DNA of 64,000 nucleotides from Felis catus (GCF_018350175.1 NC_058383.1:25794001-25858000); one strand, 5' to 3'; positions 13,911 through 26,528 are shown, numbered from the stretch's first letter. A program made the numbers and translations. The notes: generated by a model from the sequence alone, not told the origin.

Positions 13911-15709
13911 ATACCTAAGAAAAAAAATTAAGGGTTGTCAATGTCTATATAAAATAGCTACAAAAAATGCAGTTACTTGGAAAAAAAGTTATGGAAAAGA
14001 AATGGGAAACTGAGAACACATGGACAGAGTGAAGAGTATGCTAAATTATGGGGAACGTGTAGGAGAAGGGCCTGTCATTTATGTGAAAAGCGATCGGCAG
14101 CCATCCGTGACAAATGATCCCAACCTACCAGCTGTGATCTGACAATATAATGACATCACGCAACAAAGACAGCTGGGCTTGGTAGAATTTGTCTTACCAA
14201 GAACGTTAAAATAAAGCCAAACTCACATTTTAGATGGTTCCCCTGGCTGGTAGATAGGATTCTCTGAGGCAATAAATGCTAACACACACATAATATAAAG
14301 AGGAGTTCTATCTTCTACCACAGCTGTACTCTGAAATCAGCACATAAGATGAAAATCACATCCAGTCAAAATTTCCCCTTCACGGCATCCTTCAATCAAT
14401 GTCACATAGCCAGTGTTCTCCCTGTCTTAGCACCGATCACTCTAAGTAGCAGGTGATCTAAGAGGCAGGTTCTTAAAGGCATGGACTCAGGAGCCAGGTT
14501 GCCTGGGTTCAATCCTGTCTTGTTGTTTGCTAGCTTCTGACCTTGGGCAGGTAAGTCATCTCTGCGCCTCAGTTTTTTCTCTGAAATATGGCTGTCACTG
14601 GGACAGCCAGTACTCGTGGAATATCCAGTGTCCCTTATGGATCTCAGCCTACCTTGCAGTTGGTTTGGAGTCAGGCTCTGTCAGGAGGCGGGAGAAAGTT
14701 AAGAACATTCTAGGCTGAGAAGGTTAAGAACTAAAATGCCTCCTCCACTCTTTTCTTCCTTTGCTTTAGTGACCTCAAAAATCATTATGTTCCAGATAGC
14801 TATAAATAAAAGGGCTGTCTAAACTGTGTCAGTCTTTGTATGAGCAAGAAGTAAACTGTTACTGAGTATTTCAGTATTGTTTATGATTGCAACTCAGTCT
14901 AAAATAGCCTGACTACTACAACGGGGACAATAACATTTCCTACTCTGTAGGGTTGTCATACAAGTTAAATTAGGTTAATATTTATCAACTGTTCAGAATA
15001 GTACCCGAGTACATACTATATAGGTGCTTGGTTGGCAGGTAGTTATGTGGGTAGGCAGACATACAAACAGAAGCATGTAGTTGTCTTATGAGCTGCCCAT
15101 GTTATGAAGGGCACATAACACTGGGAACAACTAAGGAAAGAGCTGAGTCATGTGCCCTATTTATGCTTTTGCCTATAGAGTGGAATGGCAAGGGGGAACA
15201 GCTTGGTTTTTTATTTCTCTCTCTTTCCCCCAAAGGCATGTCATTGAACTAGTATAAATTAAGTACATGCATTTTGTAATCCAACTATACACAAAGACTA
15301 TCCATGAAGACAGGTACCATGTTTCTCTGTGTTATATTTCCATGGTACAAAGTATCCAATAAACGGTAGCCAACCAGCTTATGAATACGTCTGTGCTCTA
15401 TAATTTTAGAGCACATTTGAGCATTCAATAAACATCAGCTAAATAAATGAACAAATAAATAACTACTTTCAAATAGCTGGAACACACCTATTCATAAACA
15501 TACTAGTACTGGAAAAATGGTATCCCCTTAATGGTTGGCACTAGAATCCCTCTTAGGTAAGAAACTAGCTTTGTTTACTTGAAAGACCATTTTACAGATG
15601 GAAAATCTGAGGCTGAGAGCAGTTAAGTCATCTTCATCCAGAGTCACACAACTGGAAATGGTGAAGCTTGGTTTGGAAGGCAGAGTTGTGAATCCAGAGT
15701 CCAAGTTCT

Positions 15710-15930
15710 TTTTTTTTTTTTTTTCTTTAACGTTTATTTATTTTTGAGACAGAGAGAGACAGAGCATGAACGGGGGAGGGTCAGAGAAAGGGAGACACAG
15801 AATCCGAAACAGGCTCCAGGCTCTGAGCGGTCAGCACAGAGCCCGACGCGGGGCTCGAACTCACAGACTGTGAGATCATGACCCGAGATGAAGTCGGATG
15901 ATCAACCGACTGAGCCACCCAGGCACCCCC
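15710..15930 (-). mobile_element. Can-SINE with TSD agagtccaagttct, inserted in a MIR
   Basis: Repeats at 15696-15709 and 15931-15944; upstream ccattttacagatggaaaatctgaggct is the MIR core. Confidence 0.93.
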
Positions 15931-16285
15931 AGAGTCCAAGTTCTAACTCCTACACTTCAACTCCCGCCACTTCTTTGTCCTCTAGGATATTCCTACACCA
16001 ACCTCGACAGCTCCAGGATTTGACGTGCTGTCATCTTCCCCAACCCATCCCCCACTGGCCTTTTCAGATACTTCATTATTCATACTGATGACACCTCCAA
16101 CACCATGGCCTCCAATCCACGTGACTCCATGACTCCCATCTTCCCTTATGTCCATCACTCAATAGAATGGTCACATCTTAGAATGGGCTTCAGATTCCCT
16201 GAAGACTCTCATATCTCAATTTTCCAAATTTCTGCTCTGATCGTAACCTTATCCAACCTTCCATCTTTCTCACTCACGCTCATTT

Positions 16286-16510
16286 TTTTTTTTTAATTTT
16301 TTTTTTTCAACGTTTATTTATTTTTGGGACAGAGAGAGACAGAGCATGAACGGGGGAGGGGCAGAGAGAGAGGGAGACACAGAATCGGAAACAGGCTCCA
16401 GGCTCTGAGCCATCAGCCCAGAGCCCGACGCGGGGCTCGAACTCCCGGACCGCGAGATCGTGACCTAGCTGAAGTCGGAGGCTTAACCGACCGCGCCACC
16501 CAGGTGCCCC
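16286..16510 (-). mobile_element. Young Can-SINE with 16-bp TSD tcactcacgctcattt
   Basis: Repeats at 16270-16285 and 16511-16526. Confidence 0.95.
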
Positions 16511-16583
16511 TCACTCACGCTCATTTAATTGTTTTTAGCTCTTATGCAAAACTAGGATTTGAGAACGTTCTTGGTATCTAGAA

Positions 16584-16790
16584 CAGGGCTCAGCAAACTA
16601 TAGCCCATGGGTCAAATGTGGCCCATCACCTATTTGTGTAAGTAAAGTTGTACTAGAATCTAGCCAAGTCTGTTTATTCACGTACTGTCTATGACTGCTT
16701 TCCTGCTACAATGGTGGAGTTGAAGTAACTGGATCAGCAATTTGCAGGCCATATACAGCCTGCAAAGCCTAAAAGACTTACCATGTTCTA
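16584..16790 (+). mobile_element. MER58A-like DNA transposon
   Basis: cagggctcagcaaactatagcccatgggtcaaatgtggccc...gcaaagcctaaaa. Confidence 0.75.
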
Positions 16791-17559
16791 CAAAAAAAAG
16801 TATTTATTGTAAGAAAAAGTACTAGTAGAACCATATTCTTTAGGGCAAGCCCAAGGCTCTGATCATGTAAATCCTCCTTTCATTGTTGCTGGGGAGAAGT
16901 GGGTTTGGCATCAGAGGAGAATGTGAAGGGAGAATTAGGCTGAGGTAAGGGAACTGGTTGGTGAGTCATGCGCATTCAGAGTCAGGTCTCAGGAAGGGTG
17001 ACCAAGGCCTCTCCAGCACTAGGCTTTTCACATGTCCCACACCTGCTACTCTCGCCTTGCCCCAGGGCCATTTTCCTTCCATGCCATTTGAGTTTCTCAG
17101 CATGATCACATGAAAACTCAGTCTCCTCCACTGTCTGTCACTCCAGCAAACTCCAGTGGAGAACAGCCCCCAACCCTCCCGGCTGACAGCCAGTCAATAA
17201 ATACCTCCTTGCCCATGGCTCATCCATCATTCAAGTGGTCATGAGGACCTTTGAAAAATCTCATTGTTTCTTTTCCTTTTAATTTTTTATTATGGAAAAT
17301 TTCAAAGATATAAAAAAGTAGACAAGAAAACAAAAATGAACCCACGTCACCATCAGCCAGCTTCAATTCTACTGTTCTGCATGTCAGTTATTCAATGTAA
17401 CTCCCCGCTCCCAACCCTCCCAGAGACACCATACCATTTCATATTTCATTCATAAATATTTTAGCATGTTTCTCTAAAAAGCAGTAACTTTTTTATTGTG
17501 ACTATGAAATTATTATCATACCTTAAATAAAAGAATAATTCTTTACATCATCAACTATT

Positions 17560-18019
17560 CAAAAAAATTTTTTTTAATATTTTGTTTTTTATATTTGAGA
17601 GAGAGACAGACAGAGCATGAGCAATGGAGGGTCAGAGAGATGGAGACAGAATCTGAAGCAGGCTCCAGGCTTTGAGCTGTCAGCACAGAGCCCAATGCAG
17701 GGCTCAAACCCATAAACAGTGAGATCATGACCTGAGCCGAAGTCGGACGCTTAACTGACTGAGCCACCCAGGTGCCCCTATATCATTAACTATTTATTTA
17801 AAAAAAAAATTTTTTTTTAACGTTTATTTATTTTTGAGACAGAAAGAGACAGAGCATGAACGGGGGAGGGGCAGAGAGAGGGAGACACAGAATCTGAAAC
17901 AGGCTCCAGGCTCTGAGTCATCAGCACAGAGCCCGATGTGGGGCTTGAACTCACAGACGGCGAGATCGTGACCTGAGGTGAAGTCAGACGCTTAACCGAC
18001 TGAGCCACCCAGGTGCCCC
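17560..18019 (-). mobile_element. Two tandem Can-SINEs (17560-17778 and 17799-18019)
   Basis: Two complete minus-strand copies separated by a copy of the target site. Confidence 0.93.
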
Positions 18020-19005
18020 TATATCATTAACTATTTATTAAGTATTCAAATTTCCAATTGCCTCCTAATTTTTCTTTTTATTTTTCCTTTGAATCATGAT
18101 CCAAATAAAATCTACCTATTGAAATTTCAAAAACCACATGAACCCCATTTTAGTGTCTCCAAGTTTGGTATGTTTCTCACTTCTAAAGTGAACACATAAT
18201 GTAGTATTTCTTTCTCTTTCTTAAAATTGGTGGTTAAATTGTTAACATAATTCAAAAAATATGGTAGCTTTTGAAAAAAAAAGTAAGATATTATTCTTAG
18301 AAAAGTTAATGATGCTTCCCCTTTATTTAAGATCCCCTAGGTCCAGTCTAGACTTTCCACTTAATATTAGCTTTGCTAGTCTTCAGCCCTGATTTTACCC
18401 AACCATCTGCTTTCTCCACCCCCTTTCCAGGGTTGCAGAGGGTTGCTGGTGATAATCACATAAGCAGGCTGTTTACATGCACCACAAATTCAGGCCATCA
18501 GCTGGGCCATCCCTATTTATCCCTAGTTGATTCCCTACCAATTTCACCACAGCAGCTGCTGCACACCCCCTTTCCTCCCCCACAAGCCTCCAGAACCTGC
18601 CTGGGCCTCCCTCACAGCAGATGCCTCTACACCTAAATGAACAATCAGGATGACAGGACCCACCATGAACTTGCTCAGTTTTTCCGCTTCACCCCAAATT
18701 TCCTCTTACTTGTAGTTCTGGTCTCAGAAGAAGACATACATCTTCTTATACCTAATATATGTGTATATATGCACATAGAAGTCTCTGAAAAGAAGTTCAC
18801 TAAAATGTCAACAATGGTTACATCTGAGAGGCAGGCTCTTAGGTGATTTGTACCTTTTTCTTCATACTTTTACTTTTTTCTCTGAGCATGTATCATTTTC
18901 GCAAAACCCATAATACCATTTCAAAATGTCAGTGATCCCCAAGAAAATGTAGGTGATCCCTACCAGTGAGGGACTTCCAATTTTCCCATATTCTCCATTA
19001 CTCTT

Positions 19006-19486
19006 TGAGGTAGGCAGAAAAATGGCACCCAAACATGAAAGAATCATAATTCCTATAACCTATGTTATGTTACAATGGCAAAAAGGACGTGCAGATGTGA
19101 TTAAAGACCTTGAGATGGGGAGAATATTCTGAATTATCTGGGTGAGCCAATGTAACCTAACAAAGAGGGAGGCAAAAGAGAGTCAGAGAAATGTGACTAA
19201 GGAGACAGGATCAGAGATATGTAACATTGCTGGCTCTGAAGATGGAGGAAGTCACCACCAGCCAACATAGGCAGCATCTAGAAGCTGCAAAAGGCAAGAA
19301 AATGTGTTCTCCCCTACAGAGACAACACATTTTCCTCCATGAAAGAATGCAGCCCTGCCAACACCTTGATTTTAGCCCAGGGACACCCATGTCAGGCTTT
19401 TGACTTCCAAACTGTACAATAATAACTTTTGCATTGGTTAAAAACTTTGTGGTAATTTGTTATAGCAGCAAGAGAAAACTAATATA
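19006..19486 (+). mobile_element. MLT1D-like solo LTR
   Basis: tgaggtaggcagaaaaatggc start; gaccttgagatggggaga; end tgtggtaatttgttatagcagcaagagaaaactaatata. Confidence 0.8.
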
Positions 19487-20444
19487 CCCTACTCCCTCCC
19501 CACTGAACAACTCAACATAACCTAAGTGGAAACAATGATTTGCTTTGCAGACAAGACAAGACATGGTCACCATTGCCAACCACATGACTTAGAGTAAGTG
19601 CCTCCTTCATTGAACCCTTGGACCAACTCTGGGGCACTCCAAAGTTCAGCTGTAGCTGTACATTTGACATGAGGATCTTGATTCCAAAATCAATGTTTCT
19701 CTCCAGACTCCACTTCTGAGCTTCAGACCGATATTTCCAATATGGACGCCTCAATCTCAATGTGCCCAAGACAGAAATCCTCATCTTTACCCTTGAGCCT
19801 GATTTTCCAGCCACGTCTCTTTGCTTCTATCATGGGCTTCCATTCGCCCAGCAAATCTCCCCTTTTCAGGCACATTTCTTCACCCCCAAACTCATCATCC
19901 TGTGCCATCCATCCACTGGACCTATCACAGGGTCCTCCTTTCCATTCCTGTTGTCCCAGTTCAAGATCTTAGGGCTGGAACCAGGTGGTCCGCTGCACTC
20001 TTGGGAGTTATCCTGCCAAAGCAGCTCGCTCACAGTATGCCTCTGCTCCAAAATCTTTTAATACTCTCTCGTGCTTATGGAATAATGCCCAAACTTGATG
20101 GTTTTACATTAAACCAAAATCCATCCCCTGACTCCCTTCCAGCCTTATCTCCTATCCCCTCCCTATATGTCGGCATGCTCTATGAGTCAGCTATGCTGGT
20201 TTCCTGTGCCTGGACCAAGTCCTGCCTTCTCCCACCTTCCTGCCTTTGGCCATGAGTACCCTTTTCTGCTGTATGTCTCATCTAAAGTCCACGGTGTCCT
20301 CAGATGGCAACAGTGGCCACTAGGAAGGCACATGTTGCTCCAGACTGGGCCTGTTCACGATTTCATGTGTAGGTGCATCATTTCACCGCACCTTCATGAT
20401 CATCAATCACATTTCACTAACAAGGAGATACAGGCCTAGAGAGT

Positions 20445-21014
20445 GACCTGCAGGGGTGCTTTTAAAATATGTCCACGTGTGGTTTGATACTCCTTCTTTC
20501 AAAAGGTGGAGCCTAATCACACTCCCCTTGCATGTGGTACATGAGCTGGACTTAAGTGACTCACTTCTAATGAACAGAATGTGGTGGAAGGTGCAGGTGT
20601 TTGGCTTCCCAAGTTGGGTCACAAGAGGCACTGCAGCTTCCTTCTTGGTCTCGAGTCTCTCACCCTGGAAGAGGCCAGTTACCATGTGGTGAGGACACTC
20701 GAGCAGCCCATAGAAAGGTCCGTGTGGAGAAAAACGGAGGCCTTCAGCCTGTGGATGGGTGTGGCACCGTGTGGTACCGTGTGGGTAAGCCAACTTGAAA
20801 GTGGCTCCTGTAGGCTCAGTCACGTCTTCAGCAGACTACAGCCTCCGCGACGTCTTGACTGTAGCCTATGGGACATCTTGAAACAGAACCACCCAGCTGA
20901 GCAGCATGCACCTCAATTCCTGATCCACAGAAACTGTGAGAATTTAACAAGTGTTTACTGTTCCAGGGCACTAAGTGCTGGGGTAATTTGTTACACGGTA
21001 AGAGAAGCTAAAAC
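20445..21014 (+). mobile_element. MLT1E/F-like solo LTR
   Basis: aaggtggagcctaat, ctggacttaagtgactcacttctaatgaacagaatgtgg, ttcctgatccacagaaactgtgag, ggggtaatttgttacac. Confidence 0.75.
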
Positions 21015-21475
21015 ACTTACCCGGGGTCATATGACTAGTAAGCTGGTAGAGGAGACATTTGAACACTGGTTTGTCTGTCCCCAGAGCTCATGTTCTTAAC
21101 CTCAGCCCAGAACTGCTGGAAGTGCTAGTTTATATTTTGCTTCCTTTAGAAAACTTTGACAAAGTCTACCCTCAAAATTCATCTTCCTCCAATCTGTACC
21201 CTTAAGCCCTACTCAAAATGCCCATTTATTTTGCCCCCAACAATCCCCATATTTGCCCAAGACCAACCTTACTTCGTTTGCAACTTCCGGCTCCTTTCAG
21301 TTTTGGGACCTACATCTTAGTGTTGGCACTAAGATTAAATGAGATAATATGTGTAAAAGTGCTTAGCAGAGGAATGGCGAAATTATACTATTTACTACTT
21401 CAAGTATACTTTTTATTAATAGTATAATATAATTATATTATTTATTTGAACACAGTATTTCTTCTGCTCTATGGA

Positions 21476-21909
21476 TGAGGTCTCAACTCTGGGTATTTAT
21501 TAGAATCACCCAGGAAGCTATTAAAAACAAACAAACAAACAAACAAACCAATACATGGGCTGTACCCTGAATTAAGAGGTCTGATTTAATAGGTCTTGGG
21601 GAAGCCAGGCAACAAAAACTCCCCAAATGACTTTAACGTGCAGCCAGGGTAGAAAACCACTGGATTAGGTCAGAGGTTCTCAACCAGAGGCTATTTTGTT
21701 GTCTCCCTGCCCCACTCGATCCCTCATGCCCCTGATATTTGCTAGTGTCTGGAGATATTCTTGATGGTGATGGCTTTAGGGAGGTGCTATTGGCATCTAG
21801 TAGGTGGAGGCCAGAGAAGCTGCTGAACATTCCACAATGCACAGGCCAGCCCCACATCAGAGAATTATCTGGTGCTAAATGTCAATAGTGCTAAGGTTCA
21901 AAAAACCTG
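21476..21909. mobile_element. MER5-like (about 21476-21662) and MER20-like (about 21671-21909) DNA transposons
   Basis: ggttctcaac starts; tgctattggcatctagtaggtggaggccagagaagctgct; aaatgtcaatagtgctaaggtt. Confidence 0.75.
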
Positions 21910-22514
21910 GATTAGATATTGTTTCCAGCTCCTGCTCTCATTCTCTTTAAGAACATTGGTTCTTAGTTATCTCTCTGACTCTTCTGGTATCTTTGAGAAA
22001 GATACAAGACCTGAGTCCTTCCCTCTCAAGACCAAATGTGGGCACCAACCAGCTTGGCTGCTGCCCCAACTGGGCTGGCTCCAGGCCTGTCAGGAGGGTC
22101 TGTGAATGGTCTTGTGCTTCCCTATTTCCCTTCAGTGCTTTAGCATCTGTATTAGAACACTTGCTACAGAAACTATACTTGGTTGTAAATATGTCTCTCT
22201 TACTCCCAAAGCCAGAGCCCATATTTTATTCATCTCTATTTATTCCACAATACCAGGCTCTGTGCATTGCACTTGGTAGGTGTTCAATAAAATACTTATT
22301 GCATCAAAGTAGATTAATATAATTTAAAGTTTTATCACACTTCTTGGCATCTCTTTGAAAGGTTACAGAAATAGAGGATACAAATGCCAGTTAGTAGAGA
22401 GCTCTTATATTGCTGTTCTTGTGGAGTTAAAGTCAAATGGTCAGTTTTGCTACTTCTTAGTGTATTTATATGAGTTGCCAGAGGACGTGAGCAACCATTT
22501 TAAATTAAGATATA

Positions 22515-22738
22515 TTTAAAAAAAATTTTAATGTTTATTTTTGACAGAGAGAGAGAGACAGAACGCGAGCGGGGGGGGGGGGGCGGGCAGAGAAAGAAGG
22601 AGACACAGACTCTGACGCAAGCTCCAGCCTCTGAGCTGTCAGCACAGACCCTGATGTGAGGTTCGAACCCACGAACCGTGAGATCATGACCTGAGCCAAA
22701 GTCAGACACTTAACTGACTGAGCCACCCAAGCACCCCA
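22515..22738 (-). mobile_element. Can-SINE with an internal G-run
   Basis: Consensus match; G homopolymer near 22571-22583. Confidence 0.92.
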
Positions 22739-23069
22739 GAAGATATTTTTATAATAAATGACTAGGGATTTGAGAGGACTCTTATTTAGAGAAGTTCTCA
22801 TATCTTTAAGATTCTTTTTCATTGGTTATCAGAAGTGAGAAAATGCTTCATTTTCAAGGCAAAGCAATAACTTGGAGAATGATACTGAAAAAACCTTGTC
22901 TTAAAAAAATATATGCAAACTCTTCCACTTATTAATCATTTATACTCAATACATTATGGGCCTTCCATTTTCATAGTGGGCAAAATTAGGCACAGGTTTG
23001 GAAGCTAATTAAAAAAATACGGTTTTCCAATATCATTCATTCTCCTTTCAATGTTTTGCTAGTCTCAGA

Positions 23070-23880
23070 TTTTATTTTTATTTTAATGTTTATTTACTTT
23101 TGAAGGAGACAGACAGCACAAGTGGGGGAGGGGCAGAGAGAGAGGGAGACAGAATCTGAAGCAGGCTCTGGGCTCTGAGCTGTCAGCACAGAGTCCGACA
23201 TGGGGCTGGAACCCACAAGCCGTGAGATCATGACCGGAGCCTAAGTCAGATGCTTAACCAACCGAGCCACCCAGGCGCCCCTGATTTTTAAAAAACTGAT
23301 AACGGGTGCCCCGCTGGCTCAGTTGGTACAGCATATGACTCTTGATTTCAGGGTTGTGAGTTTGAGTCCTTTGTTGGGTGCAGAGAGTACTTTTTCTTAA
23401 ATAAAAAAAAAATTTTTTTTTTTTACATTTATTTATTTTTGAGAGACAGAGAGAGACAGCGTGAGCAGGGGAGGAGCAAAGAGAGAGGGAGACAGAATCA
23501 GAAGCAGGCTCCAGGCTCCAAGCTGTCAGCACTGAGCCCAAAGCTGGGCTCAAACTCACAGACTGAGATCATGACCTGAGCCGAAGTCGTATGCTTTGAC
23601 TGACTGAGCCACCCAGGCACCCCCAGAGAGTACTTAAAAAAAATCTTTTAGGGGCGCCTGGGTGGCGCAGTCGGTTAAGCGTCCGACTTCAGCCAGGTCA
23701 CGATCTCGCGGTCCGGGAGTTCGAGCCCCGCATCGGGCTCTGGGCTGATGGCTCAGAGCCTGGAGCCTGTTTCCGATTCTGTGTCTCCCTCTCTCTCTGC
23801 CCCTCCCCCGTTCATGCTCTGTCTCTCTCTGTCCCAAAAATAAATAAACGTTGAAAAAAAAAAATTTAAAAAAAAAAAAT
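23070..23880. mobile_element. Cluster of four Can-SINEs: 23070-23281 (-), short old-type 23304-23392 (+), 23393-23624 (-), young 23651-23878 (+)
   Basis: Four recognisable heads; TSDs agagagtactt and aaaaaaatctttta. Confidence 0.92.
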
Positions 23881-25288
23881 CTTTTAAAACCCTGGTAAAA
23901 TCTGGGGTATATTTAATTCTCCAAATTAAGAAAGTCAGTCAAGAGTCTATTCAATTTGGCATTCTCAAGAAGGGCATATCTAAACAAACAAACAAAAAAA
24001 AAGTGATATTCGAGGGCTAAAGGTCTAATTTAAGGTCTTTCATTCTGTTTAATATGAGGTTTTACAAGCCTTGCTTAATTTTCTAATGCCTTGGTTTCCT
24101 TACATTGTTTTCACAAAGGGCTGGCATGAAAACATTTCAAAGCAACAAGTTAAATATACATCATTTTCTCTAAATTGATCTTTCTTCCACCTATGATCTA
24201 AAATAGTGGACCACTGCTTAAATGTCATCTTTCAGGTGAGATCCTTCCTGACCACCCTATGCAAAATTAAGCCCCTTCGATATTCTGCATTCCCCCTCTC
24301 TGCTTTCTTTTTCCCTATAGCACTTACTTGTTCATTGTCTGTCATCCCCCACTAGGATATAAATTCCATAAAGGCAAGGAAGGTGCTTTACCTCCAGCAC
24401 CTAGAATGATGTTTGGTGCATCGTAGTACTCAATAAATACTTATTGTATGAATGAGTGAATTATGCAAATCTAGAGATGAAATATACTATAACACCATCA
24501 AAGGCAGGAATTAGGTGTGATTGAATCAACAGGGTTAGATCTCAAAAGCATGTATTTGAGAGCAAACAAAAGCAAGTTGCAAAATAATGCATGCATTTCC
24601 TCATCTGCAAAATAGGGCTGGTAATGGCACTGTTATCAGGATCAAGTTAGTTCATTAGTGTTAAATGCTGAGAACAATGATATAAGCACTCAATAAATGT
24701 TATTTGCCATCATCATCATTACATTGATGAGAAATCACTCACAGCAAATAGTACTACTAATTTTATATGATATAATCTAATTTTACATGGTTAACCAACC
24801 TTAAGAGCTCTGGAAGGACTATAGACTAAACTGATTACTTTTGTGAGGAGAGAAGAACTCATATGATGGTCAAGGAGAATTTTAAATTTATCTGTCATGT
24901 TCTAATATTTTAAAAGTAGAATCGATCCATATAACTAAAAATCAGTATTTAAAAAAGTTTAGTCCTATTTCTTGAGACCTAATAACCTTGAGAGGGGGCA
25001 GGGAAGAAGGGAGGAAGAGAGAAAGAATGAGGAAAGAGAACGGAGAGATGAATTACTTAGGATAAGAATTTTTTAACTTTTCTGATTTATTTCTGAAGTG
25101 CTTCTAGAATAATCACCACAGATAGGATGCTCTTAGCCTGGACTGAAAATAGCTAGAGACAAGAACCACGAATAAAACTGACCTGGAGTCCTGGATGGAT
25201 TACATGAGTTAGCTGGATTGGAGAAAACTATCATTAACACAGTCTTAAAATAGGAATAAATTATTTGAGGCCTTGTGTTGGTACTTAC

Positions 25289-25366
25289 TGATGTTTCAGC
25301 CACTGCTCCACAAATGGAATGGAGAAGAATTCCGTGAAAGACTCCCCTATCCTCTTTGGATTTTGA
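25289..25366 (-). CDS. IQCK: IQCK exon 6 (78 nt; (N)QNPKRIGESFTEFFSIPFVEQWLKH + 2 nt)
   Basis: Acceptor cgttaccag|T, donor CA|gtaagt, phase 2 to 2, separated from exon 5 by a 135-nt intron. Confidence 0.93.
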
Positions 25367-25501
25367 CTGGTAACGATGCCATATTTTGATTGACAAGAAA
25401 ACAATAAGCAAAAATTCAAGTCAATTGTTGCTATTCTGCTTGCAAATGAACACTATTGAATCCTTAGGGTCATTGAATATTCAAACACATGCAAAACTTA
25501 C

Positions 25502-25554
25502 TTGTATAACCACTCAGTCAGAAAATCACAGGCAATGAATTTGGTTCTTTTTCT
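25502..25554 (-). CDS. IQCK: IQCK exon 5 (53 nt; RKRTKFIACDFLTEWLY + 2 nt)
   Basis: Acceptor ttttttctctttag|AGA, donor AA|gtaagt, phase 0 to 2. Confidence 0.95.
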
Positions 25555-25752
25555 CTAAAGAGAAAAAAGAGAAGAGAGAATTAAATTATACTCTTTGTCC
25601 ACATGTCTGAGTAGGACAAAGAAAGAGAGGTTAATTGATTTTTTGGGTTAGATGAAATATGCATGAGTCTTTTATGAGGTTTATAAGTACATCAACAAAC
25701 AGTAGCTTGGGGTGATGTAAAGAATTCTGAAGACTTTTCTCCAGTCATCTTT

Positions 25753-25977
25753 ATTTTTTTGTTTTTTGTTTTTAATTTTTTTGATGTTTATTTATTTTTG
25801 AGAGAGAGACAGAGTGCAAGCAGGGGAAGGGCAGAGAGAGGGAGACACAGAATCTGAAACAGGCTCCAGGCTCTAAGCTGTCAGCAAAGAGCCTGACGTG
25901 GCGCTGGAACCCATGACTGTGAGATCATGCCTGAGCTGAAGTCAGAAGCTTAACCAACTGAGCCACCTAGGCACCCC
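25753..25977 (-). mobile_element. Can-SINE with TSD tctccagtcatcttt
   Basis: Repeats at 25738-25752 and 25978-25992. Confidence 0.94.
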
Positions 25978-26410
25978 TCTCCAGTCATCTTTGGATTAGC
26001 ATATTTTCTGATAGCAGGGACTAATAAAAGACAGTGCACATAGTAGGAGGCTTACTACATGCTTTTGGGATTGTCACAGAAGGATTTTATTTAAATCTGG
26101 AACTTGATTCTGAGTAACTGTACTTATTGCTTTCTCCCAGTCCACTCGAACCCTCCCAACAGCACTACTTCGGGTCTGGGTACCATCTTGCAATGTAGAA
26201 GCCAAGCATGCAGGTGCCATTGGCCAGTGTGGCTGACCCTGCCAGTTGTCCACCCAACAGTGGCTCCAGGTCTACACTTCTCCCACCCGGTTCTGTGCCT
26301 CAGGAGGCTGAATTTATGGTTCACTTCCACCAGGCTCCCTTACTCACTAGGTGGGTCCAGCCAGTGGGAGGTACCAGCAGGAGATGTGAGACAGGGAGGA
26401 TAGACAGGGT

Positions 26411-26528
26411 GTAGTGGATTGAACTGTGTGTCCTCCTCGACCCAAATTCATACATTTAACTCCTAACTCCCAGAACTTCAGAATGTGACTGTATTTGGAA
26501 ATAGGATCATTACAAATATAATTAGTTG
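26411..26528 (+). mobile_element. MLT1A/B-like LTR 5' fragment
   Basis: ggattgaactgtgtgtcc...cagaatgtgactgtatttggaaatagg. Confidence 0.7.

Noticed and set aside
20407..21099. Overlapping 138-172 aa ORFs (also 10487-10879 and 19821-20255)
   Set aside because: They fall in MLT1 LTR or L2 relics, with no domain-like sequence or splice support.
23304..23392. tRNA gene or CRISPR-like repeat array suggested by the repeated heads
   Set aside because: These are tRNA-derived SINE heads with tails and TSDs, irregularly spaced and in both orientations, in eukaryotic DNA with no cas genes.
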